Source of the DNA: Chiloscyllium plagiosum
Lineage: Eukaryota
DNA length: 20,000 bases
Direction: 5' to 3'
Assembly (NCBI RefSeq): GCF_004010195.1
Contig: NC_057718.1
Location: 99,827,806 to 99,847,805, forward strand
Positions within the stretch are counted from its first letter, which is position 1. Each line of letters starts with the position of its first letter. Of this stretch, positions 1 through 9,839 are shown in pieces. The translations under genes were made by a program, and so were the position numbers. The notes beneath the pieces were generated by a model. The model ran no database searches and had not been told where the DNA came from. It was given only the letters and a program-made list of their open reading frames with translations.

Positions 1-78
1 TAGAATCATACAGTGTTGGATCAGACCATTCAGCCCATCGAGTCCACACCAACCCTCCAAAGAGCATCCCACCAAAAC
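1..78 (-). mobile_element. HE1-type SINE, 3' fragment
   Basis: Reverse complement reads GGTGGGATGCTCTTTGGAGGGTTGGTGTGGACTCGATGGGCTGAATGG...ACACTGTATGATTCTA, matching the 3' ends of the SINE copies ending at 1153 and 12748. Confidence 0.8.
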
Positions 79-344
79 CTCCCAGACCAGTGGTGGAGGG
101 AGTGAATGCTTAATGTGCTAGATCCACTATCTTGATCGAAGTTCCCATATAACCTCAAACAACCTGTCTCACTGAAAGACCGACAGATCTACTGACCCAC
201 AAAATCCTGTCGGTCAGTATTTTGTTGTCTTTTATGAAACAGGGGTGCCTGATAAAATAAAAGATTAATTTTTCCATCCAGAAGGTAGTAAGGATTGTTA
301 TTTCTCCTCCGCTAATCTTTGAGAGGTTCCTTTTCATTGGAAAC

Positions 345-775
345 AGAGTGGCACTTAACCTGTTGTCTGTCACTGGGTTGTGAGGTCGTGGGTCAAGATT
401 AGAGTGGTGCTGGAAATGCACAGCAGATCAGGCAGCATCCAAGGAGCAGGAAAATTTCGGGCAGGAGCCCTTCATCAGGAATGTGAGGTCTTGGGTTCAA
501 GTCTCACTCCTGAAGAGCAGAAGTTCAGGCAGATACTATAATGCAATAACAAGGAGTGCTGCACTGGATACAGAGGCTGAACTGTCCTGGTAGGTGGGTG
601 CAAAACATCTCATGGCACCATGTTGAAGAAGAGCTGGGATATTTTTCCTTTAATTGACCTCAAGATAGCAGATTGTCACATTGCTGCGTGGGATCTTACT
701 GTGCAGCGATTGATTGCCATATTTCCTACTCGGACAACAGTGACTACACTTCAGAAACATCCTGAGATTCCCAAA
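345..775 (+). mobile_element. Decayed DeuSINE (SacSINE1/AmnSINE-like), interrupted by the 394-481 insertion
   Basis: B-box-like GGGTTCAAGTC at about 493-503. The segment 672-757 (CACATTGCTGCGTGGGATCTTACTGTGCAG...ATTTCCTAC...ACAACAGTGACTACACTTCA) resembles the recalled DeuSINE core. Boundaries approximate. Confidence 0.6.
394..481 (-). mobile_element. Penelope-like terminal fragment with hammerhead core, TSD-flanked
   Basis: Minus strand reads CTGATGA-A-GGGC-TCCT-GCCC-GAAA (478-455). Flanked by the direct repeat TGTGAGGTC(G/T)TGGGT at 379-393 and 482-496. Confidence 0.7.
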
Positions 776-822
776 ACAATGTACTCGATAAATCACATAT
801 TTCTTTTCATCTTTCGTGAAGA

Positions 823-1153
823 GGCAGCACTCTGGCTCTGTGGTTAGCACTGCTGCCTCACAGTACCAAGGACCTGGGTCCAATCCCATCCTCAGGCGTT
901 GTCTGTGTGGAGCTTGTGTCTGCGTGAGTTTCCTCTGGGTGCTCCGATTTCCTCCCACAATCCAAAGATGTGGAAGTTAGGGTGGATTGGCCATGCTTAT
1001 TTTTTCCAGGGTTTGTGCAGGCTAGGTGGGTTAGCCATGGGAAATGCAGGGTTAGGGTAGGGGGTGAGTCTGGGTGGGATGCTGTACGGAGAGTCAGTGC
1101 GGACTTGTTGGGCTGAATGGTCTGTTTCTACACTGTAGGGAGTTCTATGACTC
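823..1153 (+). mobile_element. HE1-type V-SINE, full length, long subtype
   Basis: tRNA-like head (TGGCTCTGTGGTTAGCACTGCTGCCTCACAG), V-domain-like GGTTTCCTCCCACAATCCAAAGATGTG variant, duplicated GTGCAGGCTAGGTGG block, CR1-like tail ending TTCTATGACTCT. Confidence 0.9.
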
Positions 1154-1159
1154 TCCCTA

Positions 1160-1850
1160 CCTCAGTCCCCAGGACCTGATGATATCTGTCCCTGAATAGT
1201 GAGGGATGAGGTTTCTGGGGGCTTTTATGAAATCCTTGTACCCTCTATTGTGAGAGGGCATAGAGAACAGCCAATATATTTCCTTTGTTTAGGAAAGGCA
1301 ACAGGAATAATCTGGGAAATTACAGGCCAGTGAGCCTTACAGCAGTGGTAGGGAAATTATGGAGAAGATTCATATGGGCAGGATTTACTCACATTTGGAA
1401 AAGTGTGGACTTGTCAGTGATAGGCAGCATGGTTTTGTACAGGAGCTGTTGCGTCTCAAAACACGATTGAGTTTTTTTGAGGAAGTGACAAAGATGATTG
1501 ATTGGGCGGCAGATGTTGGCTATGTGGACTTTAGCAAGGCCTTTGACAAAGTCCCTCATGGCAGGCTGGTACAGAAGGTGAAGTCAGATGGGATGCATGG
1601 TGAGCTGGTAAGATTCAAACAGTTCTCTCAGTGCAAACAAGATAAAGTGGTGCTTTTTCCCCACAGCGAGTAGTTCGAGTCTGGAATGCGCTGCCCAGAT
1701 GTGTGTGGGGGCAGGTTGAATTGAGGCAGTCAAGAAGGAATTGGATGATTATTTGGATGAAATGGTGCGCAAGGAGATGGGAAAAAGGCCAGAGTTTGAT
1801 ATGAGGGAGTGCAACGATAGGCCAAATGGCCTCTTCTGCAATTCCATGAT
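1160..1850 (+). mobile_element. Old CR1 LINE remnant (RT part joined to 3' end)
   Basis: Broken frames encode GNYRPVSLT, QHGFV and YVDFSKAFDKVPHGRL. After about 1612 the sequence jumps to the CR1 3' region (TGGAATGCGCTGCC...GGCCAAATGGCCTCTTCTG). Confidence 0.85.
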
Positions 1851-2049
1851 GATGAGTGATATTCTCTGTCTGGAGATGAACACGGAGACGGTTATTCGAA
1901 ACCAGTGCCTCAGAGATACCATCCCAGTTAAAGAACCGGGGGTTATACAGTAGTAGAAATGGCCATATGGCCCACCCTTCTGGTGATGGTGCTAGCTCAT
2001 TGGTCCCACTCTTTTGCTGTTTCCCTGCAGCCTTGCAACAAGGTCCTAG

Positions 2050-2533
2050 TCTTTTATTCCCATGGAGTCCCACATTATCAGGTCAATGATGCGGAAGGCA
2101 ACATCCAACTGTTCACACCTAATGTTCTCCAGAACAGCCTGCAAACTGTCCCAGCAGTCAATCAGGATATCCATGGGGAAAGCATTGAGGGAAGCAAGGA
2201 CACAGAATGTATTCTTTGTGGGGGAATTCGTGGCCCATCGCCAAGTGTGGGTGAGTGGACCAGTCAAAACCTGCCAGCAACACACGCATGGCAGGAGCAA
2301 ATGAAAATATAACCAGCCACACAAATATTGTGGGTAAAAGACCAGGGATAGGAATACTGTGGTGGGGAACTCACCTCCTGACTCCCCAAAAACCTGTCCC
2401 ACCATCTCCAAGCCCCAAGTCAGGAGTGTGTTGGAATATTTCCCCCTGTGCCTGGATGGGAGCAGCTCCAACAACACTGAAGAAGCTCAACCCCATCCAG
2501 GACAAAGCAGCCCCCACTTCATTGGCACCACAT
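2050..2533 (+). mobile_element. Second non-LTR LINE family (CR1/L2 group), fragmented ORF2, 5' part
   Basis: ALREARTQNVFFVGEFVAH resembles the APE endonuclease GDFN block. HLLTPQ, QVRSVLEY and WMGAAPTTLKKLNPIQDKAA resemble the post-RT region. The element resumes at about 3217. Confidence 0.65.
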
Positions 2534-3214
2534 GTGGGTAATCCAAGATGGAGGACAGGAAAGAGTTGTGGCTGTCAGAGCTTGCTCCTTTTTTTGAGGT
2601 ATTTTAGGTGTTGGAGGTGATTTCCTCGAATCCCAGGAGCAGCAATTACTGTTTTATACGCAGTTGCTTTCTTTTGGAACTTTTGAGGGAGGAAGGATCA
2701 AAAAAAAGGCACTTTAAAAGGAGGAGCAGAACAATTGTAGAGACCACACTTTCCGTGAGAGAGAGAGAAAACTACACTGCTGTCTGACGCAGCAGTGAAT
2801 CTACACAGCTAGTGCCTTTGCTGTTTGAGTTCATATAGTTCTGGACATCGGAGTGTGTCTAAGAAAAATGAACAAACAACAAAATTCACAGCTGATCCTG
2901 GAGGAAGCTGTGTGGGAGAGCTCACAGCACACAAACAGATAAGTGTATTGTTTTTAAGTGTAACCTTGCTGTAAGTCTACAGCAGTAAATAGAGTGGGTT
3001 CTTTCTCGATTGTATGTTTTATTGAGATTTGTCTCTTGATTACAATTACAATATTTAAAAGGCATCTGGATGGGTACATGAATAGGAAGAGTTTGGAGGG
3101 AAATGGGCCAAATGCTGGTAAATGAGACTAGATTAATTTAGGATATCTGGTCAGCATGGATGAGTTGGACTGAAGGGTCTGTTTCCCTGCTGTACATCTC
3201 TATGACTCTATGAC
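2534..3214 (+). mobile_element. Composite insertion: about 510 bp non-coding head fused to a CR1 3' tail
   Basis: Splits the host LINE (GGCACCACAT | ACAAAAACATCAACTCCCTCC). 3045-3214 is a clear CR1 3' end with the CTCTATGACTCTATGAC tail. The identity of the head is uncertain. Confidence 0.6.
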
Positions 3215-3216
3215 AT

Positions 3217-3605
3217 ACAAAAACATCAACTCCCTCCATCACTGACACTCAGTAGCAGCAGTGTGTACCATCTACCAGACGCACTGCAGAAGTTCACTAA
3301 AGATTCTTAGACAGCACCTTCCAAACCCAAGACCACTTCCATCTAGAAGGACAAGGGCAGCAGATACATAGGAGCACCACCACCTGCAAGTTCCCCTCCA
3401 AGTCACCCACCATCCTAACTTGGAAATATATTGCCCATTCCTTCAGTGTCAGTGGGTGAAAATCCTGGAATTCTCTCCCTAAGGGCATTGTGAGTCAACC
3501 CACAGCACATGGACTGCAGCTCACCCTTACCTTCACCAGGGGGCAACTAGGGACAGGCAATAAATGTCAATGATGCCCAAGTCCCATGAATGACTAAATA
3601 ATAAA
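3217..3605 (+). mobile_element. Second LINE family, 3' end
   Basis: Homologous to 6797-7072 (AGAAGGACAAGGGCAGCAGA...CCTGCAAGTTCCCC...ACTTGGAAATATATTG). Ends CCCATGAATGACTAAATAATAAA. Confidence 0.8.
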
Positions 3606-4219
3606 GGAAATTATCTTCAGTCTTTCGTCCTTATTATTGCCGAGTGAGTAATCTCAGGAAGTGAAAATGACTGTCAATACTCTCAGCAGCCGCTCGCTGC
3701 ACATTTTCAACTGGGGTGTGTAAAACGCAGCGGGTAAATTCATTTGCAACTAACTGTTCCAAAAGGACACAGTTGGAGGGAAAGGGCAGCCAGTAATTTT
3801 CAATGCTTTAATCCCCACAGCTTTTCTGTTCAGGCCCCAGTTTACAGCTATAAATGAGGATCAATTTTTCAGAAACAGTTGAATGTATTGATTTTAATGC
3901 TGTTTCCATGGTGATATTGGTGCAGGAGAGGTCGGCGATAAGGAGAAGTATTCATAGGGGATTAGTTTTGAATATTTTGACAACCCAGAGTTTTTTCCCT
4001 GCTTCCTGCAGCTATTGAATGCAATGACTCTGAGTCTGTATTCAGATGCAAATACAGTTGCCCGCATGTTAACTGTGGGGAGGTCACTCAGCATCACCTG
4101 GTGTTACATGCATGGTGTGCGATCAGAGATCCAAGCATCTACCTCCTCTGTCACCTCCCCTCAACGATGGCCAGAGAGATTTCTGCTCTTCCTGAGTCAA
4201 ACTGGACTTTTAAAAACAA

Positions 4220-4536
4220 AATCATTTACGGAACAAGGGTGTCACTGGCTGGGCCAGCGATTATTGCCCTGGGCAGTTAAGTGTCAGCCATATTGGGGAT
4301 GGTCTGGAGTCACGTGTAGACTAGACTAGGTAAGGATGGCAGATTTCCTTCCCTAAAGGACATGAATGAACAAGATGGGATTTATTTTTACAACAATCGG
4401 TTTTATGCTCACCGTTAGTCCAAGTCTTTAATAGAGTTTTATTGATTTGAAATTTCACTACCTGCAAACTAGAGATTCCAATCCCTCGGACTGCATTGTT
4501 AGTCCAGTGACTTTACCCTCCGGCCTCCACCTCCCC
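4220..4536 (-). mobile_element. tRNA-derived SINE, family 2 (decayed)
   Basis: Shares CTGGAGTCAC(G/A)TGTAG..TAGAC.AGGTAAGGATGGCAG.TTTCCTT with 19030-19378. Its tail resembles the 3' end of the second LINE family. Confidence 0.7.
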
Positions 4537-4709
4537 TGTGCCCACAGGCTGGACTAAGGCCACCGATTTGGCATCGGCGAACCAACATCTTGCAGCTACC
4601 TCAGTTCCTTCGACAGCCTGCGTGTGGTAGTGATGGTGGTGGTGGGTCACCTCCCATCCAACATGTGTTGCTCCCCTTCAAGGGGTATCCAGAGTCTTTT
4701 CCTGGCCAA

Positions 4710-4730
4710 CCCCCCCCCCCCCCCCCCCCC
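4710..4730 (+). repeat. C21 homopolymer
   Basis: 21 consecutive C. Confidence 0.95.
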
Positions 4731-4992
4731 TCCACCACGCTCCCCATCTCGCTGCGCACTCTTCCCCCACTCCTCACTAAATGGGGCAAGAGGCTTGGTT
4801 AACAGTGGAGGGGGTGGTGGAGTGTACTGTCTGAGGAGCATGGATTAAACGCACTCTCTGGAACCCAATGCTCAATCACATTGGGTTCTTGCCTGAGACC
4901 AAATTCTGAAGCTGAGACATGGAAATGTGACTGAAAGTTTCAGGCAGATAGCACTTTGGAAAAGGGAAAGTGGGCAGGTATAGCAAGGAACA

Positions 4993-5053
4993 TTGTACAT
5001 GCTCCTAACACCATTTCGAGTCATAGAGATGTACAGCACGGAAACAGACCCTT
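4993..5053 (+). repeat. 61-bp exact direct repeat, copy 1
   Basis: Identical to 6294-6354. Confidence 0.95.
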
Positions 5054-5370
5054 CGGTCCAACTCGTCCATGCCGACCAGATACCCAAAATTAATCTAGTC
5101 CCATTTTCCAGCACTTGGCCCATATTCTTCCAAACCCTTCCTCTTCATGTCCCCATCTAGATGCCTTTTAAATGCTGCAATTGTACCAGCATCCACCACT
5201 TCGTCTGGAAGCTCATTCCATACACACACCATCCTCTGCATGAAAAAGTTGCCCCTTAGGTCCATGTTAAATCTTTCCCCTCTCACTGTAAACCTACGTC
5301 TCTCTAGTTTTGGACTCCCCCACCCCAGGGAAAAGACCTTTATCTATTTACCCTATCCATGCCCCTCATT
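5018..5370 (-). mobile_element. CR1/HER1-type LINE 3' fragment
   Basis: Minus frame RGERFNMDLRGNFFMQRMVCVWNELPDEVVDAGTIAAFKRHLD plus the 3' UTR and tail. Confidence 0.92.
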
Positions 5371-5631
5371 CAATACAGGTGTTTAAAATTATGATGGGTT
5401 TCAGGAGGGCTGGACATCAGAGAACACAAATTTAAGATACAGTGAAGGGACCAGGTTTTGTATAAAAAAGGGCATATCTCCTGCCACTGCACTCTGGGAT
5501 GTACAGTTGTCACCAGCTGGGCAATTGTCACTGCCCAGCTTCAACCAGGGGTGTCCGTTCAGCTTGGCATTAGCGTCACTGGGTCTAGTGTTGCCCTGGT
5601 CATTGTGCCAAACTGGGTGGTAACCAGTTGT

Positions 5632-5947
5632 AACTGTAATTGTACCAGCCTCCACCACTTCCTCTGGCAGCTCATTCCATATACGCACCACTCTCTACAT
5701 CAAAAAGTTGCCCATTAATTCCCTTTTAAATCTTTCCCCTCTCACTCTAAACCTATGCCCTCTAGTTTTAGACTCCCCTAACCCGAAGAAAAGACCTCGT
5801 CTATTTATTCTATCCATGCCCCTCATGAGTTTATAAACCTCTATAAGGTCACCCCTCAGTCTCCGACACTCCAGGGAATACAGCCTCAGCTTATTCAACC
5901 TATCCCTGTAACTCAAATCCTCCAACCCTGGCAACATCCTTGTAAAT
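5632..5947 (-). mobile_element. CR1/HER1-type LINE fragment (ORF2 C-terminus)
   Basis: MLPGLEDLSYRDRLNKLRLYSLECRRLRGDLIEVYK and WNELPEEVVEAGTI. Confidence 0.92.
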
Positions 5948-6293
5948 TAGAGTGACGACTGCTTAGACATCAATTGGAGGTTGTTGAGTCAGTGAGAGGG
6001 AAGCTACAGAAGTTCACTTTAGTTTCCCAACAACGCAATAACTCTTACAGCACAGTTTGGCGACATAGTCTCACAGCAAATGAAATACGACATTTATACA
6101 CGTTCTGTATAAGGAATTGAGGGAGGTGGTTCAGAGCTCTGCAGTGCTGCCAATACATTGCTATAGCAAACCCTGAACTCTTTATGAACCAGGCATCACC
6201 TTCAATTCCCACAACTTTCAGCTTCATTTGTGGCCATCAAGTGAAACTTTATAAAGTGCACTTTGGAAGTTTCCGGGCTCAATCTTGAATGGT

Positions 6294-6354
6294 TTGTACA
6301 TGCTCCTAACACCATTTCGAGTCATAGAGATGTACAGCACGGAAACAGACCCTT
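6294..6354 (+). repeat. 61-bp exact direct repeat, copy 2
   Basis: Identical to 4993-5053. CR1 homology stops abruptly at 6354. Confidence 0.95.
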
Positions 6355-6485
6355 GGATTATCACACTCTCATTGAGCTTTGTTGGACTCAATGTAAAGCA
6401 GTTATTTACACAGATGTTATACAGAGTTTAGGTTCACTGTGGGTAAACTGCTTCATTACATCACATGGAAGTGAAGATTAATGCA

Positions 6486-6796
6486 TCTCAGTGGTTAGCA
6501 CTGCTGCCTCACAGAACCAGGGTCCCAGGTTCGATTCCAGCCTTGGGCAACTGTCTGTACGGAGTTTGCACATTCTCCTCGTGTCTGCATGGGTTTCCTC
6601 CGGGTGCTCCAGTTTCCTCCCACAGCCCAAAAATGTGCAGGTCAGGTGAGTTGGCCATGCTAAATTGCCCACAGTGTTAGGTACATTAGTCAGAGGGAAA
6701 TAGGTCTGGGTGGGTTTCTCTTTGGAGGTCGGTGTGGACCTGTTGAGCTGAAGGGCCTGTTTCCACACTGTAGGGAATCTAATCTAATCTAATCTA
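6486..6796 (+). mobile_element. HE1-type V-SINE, short subtype
   Basis: CTCAGTGGTTAGCAC, B box GGTTCGATTCC, V-domain, (AATCT)n tail. Confidence 0.92.
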
Positions 6797-7072
6797 TTCG
6801 CACCTTCCCCCAAATCTGTCACCTCTCCCATTGAGAAGGACAAGGGCAGCAGACACATGGAACATCACCCCCTGCAAGTTCCCCTTGAAGGCACTCACCA
6901 TCCTGACTTGGAAATATATTGGTGTTCCTTCAGTATCGCTGGGTCAAAATCATGAAATTCCCTCCCTAAGGGCATTGGTGGACTGACAATACTGGGACTG
7001 CAATGGTTCATGAAGGCAATTCACCACCATCTTCTCAAGGGGCAATTAGGGATGGGCAAGAAATGCTGGGCC
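6797..7072 (+). mobile_element. Second LINE family, 3' fragment
   Basis: Homologous to about 3313-3570. Confidence 0.8.
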
Positions 7073-7328
7073 GTGTATTTGTGTGTGTGTATTTGTATGT
7101 GTGTGTTTGTCTGGGGCTATGTGTGTGAGAGAGTGTGTATATGTATTTGTGTGTATGTATGTGTATGTATTTGTGTGTTGTGTATGTATGTATGTTTGTG
7201 TGTAGGTGTGTGTGTCTGTATGTGTTTGTGTGTGTTTATGTGTATATGTGTGTGATTGTGTGTATGTGTGTGCGTGATTGTGTGTATGTGTGTGTGTATG
7301 TGTCTTTTTGTGTGTGTGTGTTTGTGTG
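7073..7328. repeat. Degenerate (TG)n/(TGTA)n microsatellite
   Basis: About 255 bp of nearly continuous TG alternation. Confidence 0.95.
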
Positions 7329-8571
7329 AATGATTACCACACTTTCTGTCATCACCTCCAGACCCAGAAGTTAAAAATAAACTACACTTTCCCTTTAAGT
7401 TCAAAAGGCTTTGCTGCTGTGTTAGTTAAAATGTATGCACATCCACATCCTAATACAACGATAACACACTGTGAAAACACCATAAATCTCTCAGCGAGAC
7501 AGGCCATTCAGCCCAACCCGTCCTGACCAAGCCCCTCCCACCTTTCCTCCTGGAAGCTGACCATACTGTGAGCCTTTGTCCCAGTCCCCCTCAGCAGCTT
7601 GTCTCCCTGTGGAACACCAGGCTCCTTTACGCACCATGCTTATCTCCCATCAAACATACCTGCCTCAGGTAAGATCATCTATTCCTAAATTGTCAGAAGT
7701 CTTTGAATGGCTTACTTGTTTGATCCAAAGTTACTTTCATTCTCTGCTCTCAACCTTGTTGAAGAGCGTGTTTTCTGTTAATGGTTATCCACAGTTAAAC
7801 CCTCTATTTATGTTTACTGAAGCACTGACACCACACCTTAATCACTCATAGCACATAATATAACTGTCACTTCTTAAACAAACACTTTGTTGCCCGCACT
7901 GGCTGAGGTAGCCATGAAGGACTCACCTTCTCAATCTCTCCCCTCGCCCGAGGCATAGTGACCCTGGGCTTAACCTCCAATGAGAGAGCAGCCCTATGGT
8001 CCATTGGGACTATGGCAACCTTATCTTCTATGTTTCAGAAGACAGGCTCTGAATTACTCTCACGGCACCTTCAAAACCGTTTATTTATCGGCGAACGTGT
8101 TATTTAAAGAAAAAAGGAATCCTTGATGACCTATAACCTTTGTTTCCTTCAGATGTCCCATTGACAATTCTTCCCAACAAAGACTGGGAGAGACGCTTGC
8201 TCAACTGTGAGGGCAAGCTGTAAGTTTATCTCAGTACAGGCCTGAGGACTAGCTGGACGTAAGGAGTACCAGCGAGAGCTCCCAGAGTCACTGGGAGCCC
8301 ACCGGCTGTCAGAGAGTAATGGATATGGGATTGTCAAGACCAACAACCATACCACCAGGCACAGGGCTGAAAGCAGGAGATGACATTTGTTAAGCCTTTG
8401 AGAATCCATGGGGTCCACAGGATGGGCCAGTCTTCCTGAATCCACAGGACAGCAGTGATGCAAGGTTATACTGGGATTGTTTGGCACAGAGTGATGCAGC
8501 TTAGTGAGCTGATTTCAACTGGCAGTAATTAATCGTGGGCTGCGGGAGAACCTCCAGCCAGCACGGTCTCA

Positions 8572-8882
8572 TGTAGCACATGTATGCACACACGTGCAGC
8601 ACCTACACGTGTGAAGCACCCACGCACATGTGCAGCACCCACACACTCGTGCAGCACCCACACACATGCAGCACATATGCATGCATGCAGCATATATGCA
8701 CACACGTGCAGCACCCACACATATGCAGCACCCACACACATGCAGCACATATGCACACACGTGCAGCACCCACACACGTGTAGCACCCACACACATGCAG
8801 CACATATGCACACACGTGCAGCACCCACACACATGCAGCACCCACATACATGCAGCACATATACACACATGTACACACACGT
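8572..8882. repeat. Minisatellite with a 55-bp higher-order unit
   Basis: 17-mers TGCAGCACCCACACACA and 21-mers TGCAGCACATATGCACACACG arranged A-A-B. Confidence 0.92.
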
Positions 8883-9033
8883 AGATACCATACATTATGT
8901 GGTGGGTCAGCATTCCAGAGACAAATGATCTATTTGAAGACCCAAATGCATGCAGCTAGGAACCACCAATCCCCAGCAACCAAGAATGAAAACCAGGTTA
9001 ATTTTAATTCCCCATCTTTACTCCAGTTAATAA

Positions 9034-9155
9034 CAGTTCTGAAGAAGAGTCATATCAAACTCAAAACATTAGCTGTTTCTCTCTCCACATACACCATCCA
9101 GCACTTCTGATTTCATTTCAGATCTCCAGCATCCACTGTATTTCATTTTCATTTG
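9034..9155 (+). mobile_element. Decayed Penelope-like terminal fragment with a degenerate hammerhead core
   Basis: CAGTT-CTGAAGA-A-GAGT...ACTC-AAAACATT-AGCTG. Downstream TTTCTCTCTCCACA...TCCAGCA...CAGATCTCCAGCATCC parallels 14600-14708. Confidence 0.55.
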
Positions 9156-9212
9156 ACTTTGGTCATGGTCAGATGAATTCAAGAAGTCCACTCATCACGG
9201 CTGTAAATTTAT

Positions 9213-9350
9213 CACGATGGCTCAGTGGTTAGCACTTCTGCCTCACAGCACTGGGGACCCAGGTTCGATTCCACCCTCGGGTAACTGCCTGTGTGGAGTT
9301 TGCACATTCTCCCCATGTCTGTGTGAGTTTCCTCCCACAGTCCAAAGATG
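9213..9350 (+). mobile_element. HE1-type SINE, 5' half (split by CR1)
   Basis: A box TGGCTCAGTGG, B box GGTTCGATTCC. Breaks at CCAAAGATG. Confidence 0.92.
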
Positions 9351-9721
9351 TCCTCACGGGGGAGAGGGCCCAGCAAGAGGTCCTTGTCCACATTGGAACC
9401 AACGACATAGGAAGGGAAAAGGTTGAGATTCTGAAGGGAAATTACAGAGAGCTAGGCAGGAATTTAAAAAGGAGGTCCTCGAGAGTAGTAATATCTGGAT
9501 TACTCCCAGTGCTACGAGCTAGTGAGGGCAGGAATAGGAGGACAGAGCAGATGAATGCATGGCTGAGGAGCTGGTGTATGGGAGAAGGATTCACATTTTT
9601 GGATCATTGGAATCTCTTTTGGGGTAGAAGTGACCTGTACAAGAAGGACGGATTGCACCTAAATTGGAAGGGACTAATATACTGGCAGGGAGATTTGCTA
9701 GAACTGCTTGGGAGGATTTAA
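9351..9721 (+). pseudogene. CR1 ORF1 remnant, SGNH/GDSL esterase-like domain
   Basis: VLVHIGTNDIG (block III) and YKKDGLHLN (block V DxxH). N-terminus missing; apparent frameshift near the end. Confidence 0.85.
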
Positions 9722-9839
9722 GCTAGTAAGGTCGGTGGGTGGGACCCAGGGAGATAGTGAGGCAAGAGATCGATCTGAGACGGGTACAGCTGAGAACAGA
9801 AGTGAGTCAAACAGTCAGGGCAGGCAGGGACAAGGTAGG

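Noticed and set aside
3610..4200. Possible conserved non-coding element or exon in repeat-free sequence (also 17300-18480)
   Set aside because: No recognisable peptide or splice pair. Conservation cannot be judged without alignments.
4590..4848. Poly-Pro and poly-Gly ORFs
   Set aside because: Produced by the C21 run, with no other coding signal.
5054..6293. A single element flanked by 61-bp LTRs or TSDs
   Set aside because: The CR1 sequence continues uninterrupted from repeat copy 1 into the interior, so the interior is not an inserted unit.
7010..7526. Cys/Val-rich and His/Thr-rich ORFs
   Set aside because: Translations of the (TG)n microsatellite.
7900..8030. Possible old SINE fragment (GAGAGAGCAGCCCTATGGTC...GACTATGGC)
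   Set aside because: It looks like a shark repeat from memory, but there is no clear second copy or structure in the window to support a call.
8529..8928. Six overlapping repetitive ORFs; superficial resemblance to a CRISPR array or metallothionein
   Set aside because: Tandem minisatellite with no unique spacers. It is open in many frames only because the unit lacks stop codons.
9217..9275. tRNA gene
   Set aside because: The A and B boxes belong to the SINE head and run into the V-domain. The same applies to the other HE1 copies.
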